From: Gemmatimonadota bacterium
GTDB taxonomy: Bacteria > Gemmatimonadota > Gemmatimonadetes > Gemmatimonadales > GWC2-71-9
Direction: 5' to 3'
NCBI GenBank assembly: GCA_041500125.1
Contig: JBGQLP010000006.1
Location: forward strand, 1,452 to 65,451
DNA: 64,000 nucleotides
Shown here: in pieces, positions 18,461 through 27,306 of the stretch
Layout of the letters: the number at the start of each line of letters is the position of its first letter
Numbering within the stretch: position 1 is the first letter of the stretch
Program-made: the position numbers and the translations under genes
The notes under the pieces: generated by a model
Told to the model about the DNA's origin: nothing
What the model saw: only the letters and a program-made list of their open reading frames with translations
Databases searched by the model: none

Positions 18461-18946
18461 CTACGCGGCGCGGCGGGCGCTCCGTCCCATGGTGCCGGCC
18501 AGCAGCTCGGACACATAACCGAACACGGCCCCGGCGACCAGCGCGATGATGGTCTTGATCCAAGGATGGGGGAAGGCGGCGCCGGCTCCCACCACCACAC
18601 TGACTGCGGTTGCTGCTCCCAGGAAGGCTCCAGGAATGAATGAGAGCGCCGGGATCTTGGCCTGCAGCACCATGAACAGCGCGGCCACCCCTACGCAGAC
18701 CGAAAGGATAGGCACGCTCCCGCCCAGACTCTTTGCCGCGTACAGCGCCAGAAATGCCCAGACTACACCGGACAGGTTGGAAGCGATGGTCTTACTGAGC
18801 CCCGCGGTCTTCCCGCCTGCGGCGAAAAAGCAGCCCCATGCCACAATACCCGCCCAGACCGGAAGTGCAGCTACCGCGAGGGCGATGTAGGTCCACACCG
18901 CGATCAGGATGCCGATACTAATAGCCAACGCGACGAGCACGTCCAT
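18461..18946 (-). CDS. DUF1097 family membrane protein
   Basis: VWAGIVAWGCFFAAGG, SNLSGVVWA and FIPGAFLGAATA; multi-TM. Confidence 0.82.
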   Translation of the reverse strand: MDVLVALAISIGILIAVWTYIALAVAALPVWAGIVAWGCFFAAGGKTAGLSKTIASNLSGVVWAFLALYAAKSLGGSVPILSVCVGVAALFMVLQAKIPALSFIPGAFLGAATAVSVVVGAGAAFPHPWIKTIIALVAGAVFGYVSELLAGTMGRSARRAA

Positions 18947-19107
18947 GTGCCACCTCCGGCGGAAGAAGACTGCAACACCTTTCCGCGCCACCGAAAGGGC
19001 GCCGCGGAAAGACAAAGGAGGTCAAGTCACAAGGAGAGACGGCAAGAGCGCCGAAGTCGCTAGGCTACAGCTTCTTCCCCAACCCGTCAAGGCCTCGCGC
19101 CCGCGGT

Positions 19108-20895
19108 CTAGCGCTTCTCCACGTCGGCGCGGAGCCGCAGCAACGCGTCTTCGGTCGCGATCAGCTCCCCGCGCGCCTCGTTGAGCTGCTGCTGTTGGCT
19201 CTGCACGAAGCGACGGTAGGGCGCGATTGCTTCGTTGATCCGAACGGTGGATTGCTCCAGCTCGAGATGCACCTGACGGGTGAGCGCATCCTTCAGCCGG
19301 GCTCGGAGCTGGGCGATCCGGCGCTGGAGGTCGCGCTGGGCTTGCCGCCGTTTCCGGGGGAGAATGTAGAAGCCGCCGACCGCGAGCGCGGTGGCGAGGA
19401 GAATCCCGGTCAGGTCGGCGGCGGCCCCCGTGACTACGGTCACCACGATTGTCCCCAGGCCGATCGCCCCGGCCTCGGCCAGCGCCGTCGTCGCGAAGGC
19501 CCCCTGAATCTCGTTCGCGATGGTGCGCGACTCGGCTTCCCGATTGTAGCTGCCGACCACTTCACGGGATATTCGGCCGATCGAATCCAGCAGTGCCTGA
19601 CGGTTGTAGCTGAAGCTCGGACCGACATCGCCGATCATCCCTTCCCGGTGCCGGGTGAGCTGGCGGCGCTCGATGTAGCCGCTGATGTCCTGCCAGAGCT
19701 TGAGGTTCCGCTCCACGATCCAGTCGATGACCCGGGCAACCTCCTCCTCCATCTGTCGGGTCGTATCCCCGATCACCTCCCGCTCGAATGCCCGCTTCAC
19801 TCCCTCGCTGTCCATAAGACTCTTGATCCGGCCGATGCGAATGGTCTCCTCGAAGAAACGCTGCCCTCGTCCCTCCATATCGCTCAGCAACACATCCAGC
19901 CGAGCCAACCGGGGCTCGAACTCCCGCAGCATATCCTGCTGGAAGAGTGCTAGCTGCTGGTCGATGTTTTGTAGCGCCTCGATGTCCTGCGCCAGCAGTT
20001 TCAGTCGCTCGAAGGTGGCGTCCTTGTACTTGGATGCCAGGCGGAGCCCGACGTTGAGGGGATTGAGCAGCTTGAGCCGTACCCGCTCCTCCTGGTCCAA
20101 GGTGTTGAGCAGATAATCCTCGACCTCGCCGAAGCCACTTCGTTCCCACCGGTCTACTTCTCCGTTCGTTCCGCTCTTTCCACCCTTCTCCCGCGCGGCG
20201 ATGGCCTCCCGCGCCGACACGGCGAAGACCCGGGGGCTTTCCGTCAGCAGTCCGGCCGCGTTTTCCTCGACGTAGCGGAGCACCTCATCCCGCTCTGCCG
20301 GCCGCGTCAAAATGTCGATCTTGTTGACGATGAAGACGATCTTCTTGCCCCACTCGCGGATCTGCTCGAGGAATGCCCGCTCGCTCTCGGTGAAAGGCCG
20401 GTCAGCGGAGGTGACGAACAACACCAGATCTGACCGGGGGATGAAGTCGCGGGTCAGCTCCTCATGGCGGCGGATAATGGCATTGGTACCCGGCGTGTCC
20501 ACGATGTTGATCTCTCGCAGGACCTCTGCGGGATGGGTTCGCTCCAAGAGGTAGGCCTCCCGCAGCTGTTCGGTCACTCCGGCTCCATGGCGCAGAATGT
20601 TGATGCGGTCGGTGGTCGGGGTGACCCCTTCGGGCAAGACTCGCTCGCCGAGGAGGGCATTGATGAAGCTGGACTTTCCCGAATTGAACTCACCCGCGAT
20701 CACCAGCAAGAAGAGACCGGTGAGCTGCTCCCGAGCCTCCTGGAACCGGCGCAGGTCGTCGGTGGCTACGTCGGATCCGAATCGCTCCAACGCTGTCGCG
20801 AGCCGCTCCAGCAGCTCCTGCTCCCGGGCGCGCAGCTCCTGCTCCCCCTTGGACAGGATTCCCTTCCGGGCCAGTAGCTTGCCGATGACGGTCAC
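19108..20895 (-). CDS. Bacterial dynamin-like GTPase
   Basis: GEFNSGKSS, VTPTT, VDTPGTN and VNKID; helical stalk with paired TM/paddle segment; GTG start with GGAGG. Confidence 0.9.
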   Translation of the reverse strand: MTVIGKLLARKGILSKGEQELRAREQELLERLATALERFGSDVATDDLRRFQEAREQLTGLFLLVIAGEFNSGKSSFINALLGERVLPEGVTPTTDRINILRHGAGVTEQLREAYLLERTHPAEVLREINIVDTPGTNAIIRRHEELTRDFIPRSDLVLFVTSADRPFTESERAFLEQIREWGKKIVFIVNKIDILTRPAERDEVLRYVEENAAGLLTESPRVFAVSAREAIAAREKGGKSGTNGEVDRWERSGFGEVEDYLLNTLDQEERVRLKLLNPLNVGLRLASKYKDATFERLKLLAQDIEALQNIDQQLALFQQDMLREFEPRLARLDVLLSDMEGRGQRFFEETIRIGRIKSLMDSEGVKRAFEREVIGDTTRQMEEEVARVIDWIVERNLKLWQDISGYIERRQLTRHREGMIGDVGPSFSYNRQALLDSIGRISREVVGSYNREAESRTIANEIQGAFATTALAEAGAIGLGTIVVTVVTGAAADLTGILLATALAVGGFYILPRKRRQAQRDLQRRIAQLRARLKDALTRQVHLELEQSTVRINEAIAPYRRFVQSQQQQLNEARGELIATEDALLRLRADVEKR

Positions 20896-20977
20896 GGCAC
20901 CTCCCCCAGCAGTTTTCCGGCGGCTATCTCCGGCACTATGGTGCAGCCGGAAGAGGCGTCGGGTAAGCCCCCTGGCA

Positions 20978-21715
20978 TCAGGCGGATGGGTGAGCCCGGC
21001 GGGCCTCACGGGCGGTGGATTCTGACTGCGCAGGATGAAGCTTCAGGTACCGGGCTACGGCCCTGAGATCGGAGAAGAACTGACGCCTCGCTTCATCCCG
21101 AGAGTCGGCTGGAGCTCGCAGTACCGCCGATGGATGCATCGTTGCGAAGAGTGCTTGGGCCAAATCCGACGGGATCGGCTTTCCCCGATGCTGGGTCACC
21201 CTGAATTCTTTGCCCAGCAGCGCCTGGGCCGCGGTGGCGCCCAGCGCGACGATCGCCTTCGGCTTGACCAAACGAATTTCCTCCATCAGCCAGGGCTTGC
21301 AGGCACGCACCTGAGCGGGACTCGGCTTCTTGTGCAGCCTGCGGCCCCGCTCGATGAGAACGAATTTGAAGTGCTTGACGGCATTGGTGAGGTAGACTCG
21401 CCTGCGATCGATGCCGGCCTGCTCCAAGCCCGCGTCGAGTAGCTTGCCCGCAGGGCCCACGAAGGGGTGGCCCAGCCGGTCCTCCTGATCGCCAGGCTGC
21501 TCGCCCACCAACATTGCTTCTGCATTGGCGGGCCCTTCCCCGAAGACCGTCTGGGTGGCGTTGATCCACAGGTCGCACCCCCGACACCGGGCGGCGGCCT
21601 CACGTAGCTTGGGCAGCGATGGGTACGGCGGAAGGAAGTCGGCGGCTGATCCGGACGACCTAGTGCCCGCCTTAGTGACTCTTTCGTTACTTAGGTGCAA
21701 TGGTTTAGCTGGCAT
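20978..21715 (-). CDS. udgX: UdgX-type uracil-DNA binding protein (family-4 UDG-like, Fe-S)
   Basis: CRGCDL, VFGEG, GEQPGDQED, PFVGPAG, TNAVKHFKF, R-loop GRRLHKKP, ACKPWL and HPS. Start uncertain. Confidence 0.88.
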   Translation of the reverse strand: MPAKPLHLSNERVTKAGTRSSGSAADFLPPYPSLPKLREAAARCRGCDLWINATQTVFGEGPANAEAMLVGEQPGDQEDRLGHPFVGPAGKLLDAGLEQAGIDRRRVYLTNAVKHFKFVLIERGRRLHKKPSPAQVRACKPWLMEEIRLVKPKAIVALGATAAQALLGKEFRVTQHRGKPIPSDLAQALFATMHPSAVLRAPADSRDEARRQFFSDLRAVARYLKLHPAQSESTAREARRAHPSA

Positions 21716-22031
21716 CTTGATATGCATGCTGTAACAGTATCGGTTTCGCGAGGTCGCCTCATATGTAATCATGGTAGGTAGCAGGACCCGCGGATGAAGT
21801 GGCGCGGGTCACTAGCGGACCGGAATTTGGAAGCGTATGATAGGGTGCGCCGGATGATTCCCAGTCCGTCATTCCAGCACACAATCGAGCCGCATCCCCG
21901 GGGTATGCTCCTTGCGAAACCTCAAGGGGCACCGCGCAACATCATGCGCGAACGTCCGCGGGTTGCCAACGAATCGAGCCTTTGTGCTCCGGCAGGAAGG
22001 CTCTGTACGATCCAGTGTACCGGCGGGACCA

Positions 22032-23159
22032 ATGAACTATCCTATCCATAGCGTTCCCCGCGCCATCGCCACCCTGGGGTGCGTGGCGCTGAGCCTCCAG
22101 GGTTGTGGCGTCCCCACGTCGACGGTCGACCTCACTCCCGGACCCGATCCGATCGAGTTCACGGTAACCCCCAACCCGATGCAATCGGGCGGCTGGGCCG
22201 ACGTCCGGGTGGTCAGCGCCTCCGCCGACAGCATTGCCATCGAGTCGGACAACGGGCTGGACCGCTATTGGAACACCGGGCCGAAGCTCTCCGTCAGAAT
22301 CGACAGCGACTTTGGTGATAGTGTGCCCCAGATCCAGTATGCCGTGCGGGAACACGGCCGGCTGCTGGACGTGCTCAAGAAGCCGGTAAAGATCGTGGTG
22401 TGCCGACAGAACAGCTGTCGGGAGTATCACCGCGACCTCGCCGTGCAGCTCCCTGAGCGGAACGAGCGCTCCGTCGCCATCACCGGCGGCTGGAGCACTG
22501 AGTTCACCAAGCGGGCGGTGACCAGCAGCAGCAAGGCCGTTTTGCTGAAGGAAGCTCTGAACCATACGGTCTGGAATGTCCAGGCCGAGCTGGCCACGGG
22601 CAGGCTGAGCGCACGGCTGGGAGGATTCTACGGCGCTGATGAGCGGGGTGGGTCACTCGACGTCTCCCGGGAGATCAAGCGCATTGGCGACGGGCTCAGC
22701 TACGGAATCGCAATGCATGTGGCGGCCACCCACGCGGAGTGGCTCCCTACGAACCGAAGCGCAGTCTTGACCAAGGGGACCGCGTACCGAGCCAGCATTG
22801 GCCCCAGCATCATGGTGCGGGGCCTCACTGCCAGCTCTCAGTTAGGGATCTATACCGACGGGAAGGAGACCCTGCAGGAGGTGAGCACCTTCATCTCCCT
22901 GAATGGCGGTCTCACGGAGGTCCGTAACCCGGTCACCGTCACTCTGGAGAAGACCTTCGCGTTTGGGGGGGAGCCGATGATCCCGCGCCGCCGCGATCAG
23001 CTGGAGCGGCTGACGGTCGGCATCGATCTGGTCCGAAATTTTGCCCTGCGGATGGGCATGAGCACCCATCGGAGTGCCTGGCCTACCGAGGGGACGTCCG
23101 ATCTCCGGGCGAGTGAGATCTTTTACACCCTGGGAGGGCAGTACACATTGAGCTGGTAG
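22032..23159 (+). CDS. Hypothetical lipoprotein with a probable C-terminal outer-membrane beta-barrel
   Basis: Lipobox LQGC; alternating amphipathic strands in the C-terminal two-thirds; ends GGQYTLSW. Confidence 0.65.
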   Translation: MNYPIHSVPRAIATLGCVALSLQGCGVPTSTVDLTPGPDPIEFTVTPNPMQSGGWADVRVVSASADSIAIESDNGLDRYWNTGPKLSVRIDSDFGDSVPQIQYAVREHGRLLDVLKKPVKIVVCRQNSCREYHRDLAVQLPERNERSVAITGGWSTEFTKRAVTSSSKAVLLKEALNHTVWNVQAELATGRLSARLGGFYGADERGGSLDVSREIKRIGDGLSYGIAMHVAATHAEWLPTNRSAVLTKGTAYRASIGPSIMVRGLTASSQLGIYTDGKETLQEVSTFISLNGGLTEVRNPVTVTLEKTFAFGGEPMIPRRRDQLERLTVGIDLVRNFALRMGMSTHRSAWPTEGTSDLRASEIFYTLGGQYTLSW

Positions 23160-23208
23160 GGGACCAGGAGCGGGCGGTCACAGCGTTCGGGCAGGTCTTG
23201 TGGGGCTA

Positions 23209-23243
23209 GGGGGTCGGAAGCTCGAACCGGGCTTTCGGCCCCC
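23209..23243 (+). terminator. Strong RNA hairpin without a U-tract
   Basis: 15-bp stem in which all three non-Watson-Crick pairs are G.U on the + strand. Confidence 0.45.
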
Positions 23244-23415
23244 GCTGCGTTGGTGCAGCCTGCGACCCGGCGAACGTCTCAGGCAGTATAAGGGCGTGAT
23301 CCCAACCACCCGGACGCACACCCGGGAACCAGTCGGGTGGCCTGTATGTTAGCAGTAGCGGGTGAATTAGCTCAATCGGGCTCGGTCACGGGTACACATC
23401 GGACGGGGGCAGCAA

Positions 23416-24306
23416 GTGGCAGGTACCAAGAAGACAAGGCGGCGCTCAGCCCGCCCAGCGGCCCTGGCTCGGGCGGTTGACGAGGGCCGGGAAAGCCTGG
23501 ATTTCTACCTCAAGGAGATCAGCCGAATTCCCCTCCTGAAGGTGGAGGAGGAGACAGCTCTGGCCCGGCGCGCCTTTAAGGGTGACGTCGAGGCTCAGGA
23601 GAAGCTCGCTCGGCACAACGTGCGGTTCGTCGTTTCCGTGGCCAAGAAGTTCCAGAATCGCGGGGTGCCGCTCATGGATCTGATTGGCGAGGGGAATGTC
23701 GGGCTCATGACCGCCGCGCGGAAGTTCGATCCGGATCGGGGGGTCAAGTTCATCTCCTACGCCGTATGGTGGATTCGTCAGGCGATCCAGGCTGCCATCG
23801 CACGTCATGGCCGGCCGGTGCGCCTGCCACTCAACCGCACCGCAGACCTGACCCGGCTCGGACGAGTGACGACGCTCCTTACCGAGCGGCTGGGCAGGTT
23901 ACCCACTACCGAAGAGCTGGTGACGGCCACCGGCCTTACGCCGGAGGCCGTGCGCTCCCTCGGCGCGCTCCACATTGAGGCCCTGCGGCTGGACCAGCCC
24001 ATCAGGGAAGGGGAGGACCGGGGGCGCCTGGAGCGGTTCGTGCCGCTGACCCAGGAAGGCACCGACGCTTCCACCCTGGCCAGCAGCCGGACCAGCGATC
24101 TGGAGAACGCTCTCGCGGCACTCCCACCCCGGGACGCCAAGGTGCTGCGGCTCTACTTCGGACTGGACGATGGGAACAGCCGGACGCTCGAGGAGATCGG
24201 CAGGATGTTGGGAGTGACCCGGGAACGGATCCGGCAGCTCCGGGATCGCGCCCTGCGCCAACTCAAGGAAGAGCATGGAGATAAGCTGAGGGAGCTGGCG
24301 GCGTAG
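23416..24306 (+). CDS. Sigma-70 RpoD/SigA-family sigma factor lacking region 1.1
   Basis: LDFYLKEI, NVRFVVSVAKK, DLIGEGNVGL, KFISYAVWWIRQAI, VRLPLN and RTLEEIG...VTRERIRQ. Confidence 0.93.
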   Translation: MAGTKKTRRRSARPAALARAVDEGRESLDFYLKEISRIPLLKVEEETALARRAFKGDVEAQEKLARHNVRFVVSVAKKFQNRGVPLMDLIGEGNVGLMTAARKFDPDRGVKFISYAVWWIRQAIQAAIARHGRPVRLPLNRTADLTRLGRVTTLLTERLGRLPTTEELVTATGLTPEAVRSLGALHIEALRLDQPIREGEDRGRLERFVPLTQEGTDASTLASSRTSDLENALAALPPRDAKVLRLYFGLDDGNSRTLEEIGRMLGVTRERIRQLRDRALRQLKEEHGDKLRELAA

Positions 24307-24339
24307 TCGGGGAAAAAGTCTGCGAACAGCAGTCAAGTC

Positions 24340-24377
24340 AAAGGCGTCAAAGGGTCTAGGCTCTTTGACGCCGTTTC
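24340..24377. terminator. Bidirectional terminator between the sigma factor and alaX
   Basis: 10-bp perfect stem GGCGTCAAAG/CTTTGACGCC flanked by AAA and GTTT. Confidence 0.65.
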
Positions 24378-24384
24378 TTCGACC

Positions 24385-25548
24385 TCATCCCGAGATCGAC
24401 GCCATCACCTGCTCCAACTGCTGCCTGCTTGCCACTGTCCCCTGGGCCAACCTGGCAGAGCCACCTCCGCGGCCACCGACCGACGTCAGAAGCCCCTTCA
24501 GCACCGCTGCCGCGTCTACCCCCGAATCCGGGGAAGTGGCCAGCACCAAGCCCGGCGGTCTCGCTGCGGCGCCCACAAAGATCACCCTAGGCATCGAGGT
24601 GAAGGCCTGGGCGACTCCCCGAAGTCCCTCCAACGATCCCTGCTCCTCTAGCAGCACCACTCTACGGATGCCGGTAGCGTCGGGTGGGGCGCCGAGATAG
24701 AGTTCCCGCGCCCGGTAGGCGTCCAGCTTGCTTTCCAGGTCGCGGCGGGCGGCACTCGCTTCCTTGATCTCGCCCCGCAGACTGTTGATCAATCCCGGAA
24801 GCTCCTCCGGCGAGGCAGAAAAGTCGCCGGCAAGACGGGTGAGCAGCGCATGCTCGGCGCGCGCCCGGCGAATGGATCGTGCTCCGCAGAGAAATTCGAC
24901 TCGGGTACCCTTGCGCACCCGTTCGACTTTTCCCATCAGAACAGGCCCGACCTCACCGGTTGCCCGTACGTGCGTTCCACCGCATGCGCTTCGGTCGAGG
25001 TTTCGGATGGTGACCACCCTGAGGGTACCGGTGCGCTCGGACGGTCTGCGCAGACCGGTGACCGCTCCAGCGTCCTCGAAGCTCACCTCAACCGGCCGAT
25101 TTTCCACCACGATTTGATTGGACCGCTCTTCCGCTTTTCCTACCTGGTCAGGGGTCAGGGTGGGGCCGTCCAGATCAATCGTCGAGCTCTCCTCCCCAAA
25201 GTGGACGCCCACGGTTGCGTAACCGTAAAGGTCGCTCACAACCGCAGAGAGAAGATGTTGTCCGGTATGTTGTTGCATGTGGTCGAACCGGCGGGGCCAG
25301 TCTACCTGCCCCACGGCCTCGCTGCCGGTGACCGGCTGGGCCAGCAGATGCGCAATGCGTTCGCCCTCATCCACCACATCGGTGACCTCGATACCGTTCA
25401 GCCTTCCGGTATCGTGTGGCTGTCCCCCCGAGGTTGGATAGAAGGCAGTTCGATCCAGGTAGGCCCGGCGGCCATTATCGGCCTGCTCGACAATGGCGGC
25501 CTTGAAGTCGCGCAGGTAAGAATCGGCATGGTAGAGTCGTTCGGTCAC
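24385..25548 (-). CDS. alaX: AlaX-type alanyl-tRNA editing protein with DHHA1 domain
   Basis: TAFYPTSGGQPHDTG, HMQQHTGQHLLSA (HxxxH), ACGGTHV (CxxxH) and GGRGGGS. Confidence 0.9.
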   Translation of the reverse strand: MTERLYHADSYLRDFKAAIVEQADNGRRAYLDRTAFYPTSGGQPHDTGRLNGIEVTDVVDEGERIAHLLAQPVTGSEAVGQVDWPRRFDHMQQHTGQHLLSAVVSDLYGYATVGVHFGEESSTIDLDGPTLTPDQVGKAEERSNQIVVENRPVEVSFEDAGAVTGLRRPSERTGTLRVVTIRNLDRSACGGTHVRATGEVGPVLMGKVERVRKGTRVEFLCGARSIRRARAEHALLTRLAGDFSASPEELPGLINSLRGEIKEASAARRDLESKLDAYRARELYLGAPPDATGIRRVVLLEEQGSLEGLRGVAQAFTSMPRVIFVGAAARPPGLVLATSPDSGVDAAAVLKGLLTSVGGRGGGSARLAQGTVASRQQLEQVMASISG

Positions 25549-25629
25549 CCTTCCCCCTCTCGACAGTTCGATCCCCGCACCGGATGGCAAGGTTCGCCAA
25601 GCGGCCGGAAGAAGGAAGCAGCACCCTTC

Positions 25630-26148
25630 TTAAGTAATGCGAATGGGGGTCGGGATCGGTATGGTGAGCCGGGTCAGGACCTGGCGCTGCATCTCGGTTG
25701 CGAGGTCCAGCACGGCCGACAGCTGGGTGACCAGATCGTGCAACTCGGAAGGGTCGAGGGCCGGATCGCCCCCGAGCGCCCTTGCCTGCTCCTCCAGCAT
25801 GACGAAGCCCGCGTGGGCAAAGGCCATCCGTTCCCAGAGCGGGAGGATCTGCTCGAGTTGGGCGGTCGATAAGGCGGCCGTCGTATTCTCGAAGTCCCGT
25901 TCCAATGGCGCGATCAGATGGGCCAGTTGCTGTGCCAGCACCCGGGCCCGTTCCGAGTCGACCGACGGCAGAGTGTCAGTTGTTGCAGCGATTGCGGCAG
26001 CCCACTGCTGGAGATCACCGTACTCCTGGCCCAGGGTTGCCAGCGCGGCGCGGCTGGAATCTTCGCGGAGAGGCACCGCTCCGGTGCCGAAGCTGACCAG
26101 GTTGAGAATCAGGCTCGTGAGCCCGGCCACGATCAAGGTGCGCCGCAC
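25630..26148 (-). CDS. Hypothetical secreted alpha-helical protein
   Basis: AAGGAG RBS, GTG start, N-terminal signal-like segment. Confidence 0.65.
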   Translation of the reverse strand: MRRTLIVAGLTSLILNLVSFGTGAVPLREDSSRAALATLGQEYGDLQQWAAAIAATTDTLPSVDSERARVLAQQLAHLIAPLERDFENTTAALSTAQLEQILPLWERMAFAHAGFVMLEEQARALGGDPALDPSELHDLVTQLSAVLDLATEMQRQVLTRLTIPIPTPIRIT

Positions 26149-26286
26149 AAGAAGCTCTCCTTAAAACGGATCCGCCGCAATGAAAGACCGCGGCCTCTTC
26201 CGATAATGTGCCTCCAATTTGGGTGAGGGGATAGAGCCCGTCTGTGATGTCCGCTACCGGCTGCGCTCATCCAAGGAAAGGGAGAA

Positions 26287-27306
26287 TCAGGCGGAGTTGC
26301 TGCCCCAGCCGCGGAGCGCCCGCACGTAGTCATGCAGCACCAAGAATTTCTCGAACAGGATGACCCCTTTGCGCTTGCGTCCGAACTCACCGAAGAGGTC
26401 GCGCAGCCGCCCCCGGCGAGTGACGTAGAACCGAAAGGTCTCGGCAAAATCTTCCTGGGGGTGCTTGGCGGCGTACGCGCTGACGAAATTGGAAGGTGCG
26501 ATGGCGATTCGGCGGCGCTGGAAGTAGACCCAGGTGTTGTCCATCCCCCGATAGGCCTTGTCCACCTCACCGAAGGCGCGGCGGAATTGCCGGCTGCGGG
26601 TCCACTCCCAATGATGGTAGAGAAAGCTGTGTCCCAGCTCATGGGTGATGAGTCCGACCAGCATGGTCCAGGGAATCTCATCCCGCCGGCGCTTCCCCAC
26701 CACATAGCGCTGCTCGATCTCGACCATGTCGGGGTACTTGGGATCGACTCCTGACACGCCGGGGCGCAGGAGAATGCGATAGTCCCAATCCTTGATCCGG
26801 GAGACGAGAAGCAGGCGGCGGACCCGGGTGAGGGCCCGAGGAATGAGATCGCGCCCGGTGGAGTCCCCACCACACCAGGGGCAGAAATTCATCAGGTCGT
26901 CCACTCCCCGAGCGCAGTGGGGGCACTCCCCCTCGAAGAATCTGTCCTCGTTCCAACTCTGGGTCCGGCTGCACCAGGGGCAGTGCCGCATCGGATACTG
27001 CACTCCACCGCCACAGCCCCAGTCACAGCGCGCATCCATCCGAAACCCCCTCGGCGCCTTCAGAGGTTCATCGCTGGAATAGCCTTCCTCGTGAATGTTT
27101 GCTCCACACCAGGGGCAGCAGGCAAATTTGTCGGACACCGCCCAGCCGCACTTGTAGCACTCCGCACCGGTAAGCCCGCCGAAGTCGCGCCACCGGTGCG
27201 CTCGTCCACAGTCGGAGCAGTATCCACGGTAGCGCTGCACCCATTCCCCGCAGACGCACCGCGCCCTTCGGGGCCAGGCCCGGACCCGTCGCCTACGCGC
27301 GCTCAT
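26287..27306 (-). CDS. Putative zinc metallopeptidase with N-terminal multiple zinc ribbons
   Basis: CxC, CSDC, CYKC, CPWC x3, CDWGC and CPHC; HELGH; YAAKHPQEDFAETF. Confidence 0.82.
   Translation of the reverse strand: MSARRRRVRAWPRRARCVCGEWVQRYRGYCSDCGRAHRWRDFGGLTGAECYKCGWAVSDKFACCPWCGANIHEEGYSSDEPLKAPRGFRMDARCDWGCGGGVQYPMRHCPWCSRTQSWNEDRFFEGECPHCARGVDDLMNFCPWCGGDSTGRDLIPRALTRVRRLLLVSRIKDWDYRILLRPGVSGVDPKYPDMVEIEQRYVVGKRRRDEIPWTMLVGLITHELGHSFLYHHWEWTRSRQFRRAFGEVDKAYRGMDNTWVYFQRRRIAIAPSNFVSAYAAKHPQEDFAETFRFYVTRRGRLRDLFGEFGRKRKGVILFEKFLVLHDYVRALRGWGSNSA

Noticed and set aside
23209-23243. GGTTCGAG on the minus strand resembling a T-loop
   Set aside because: It is part of a simple hairpin; no cloverleaf can be built.
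23358-23415. tRNA-like 5' text GGTGAATTAGCTCAATCGG
   Set aside because: No anticodon arm, T-arm (GGTTCGA) or acceptor complement follows.
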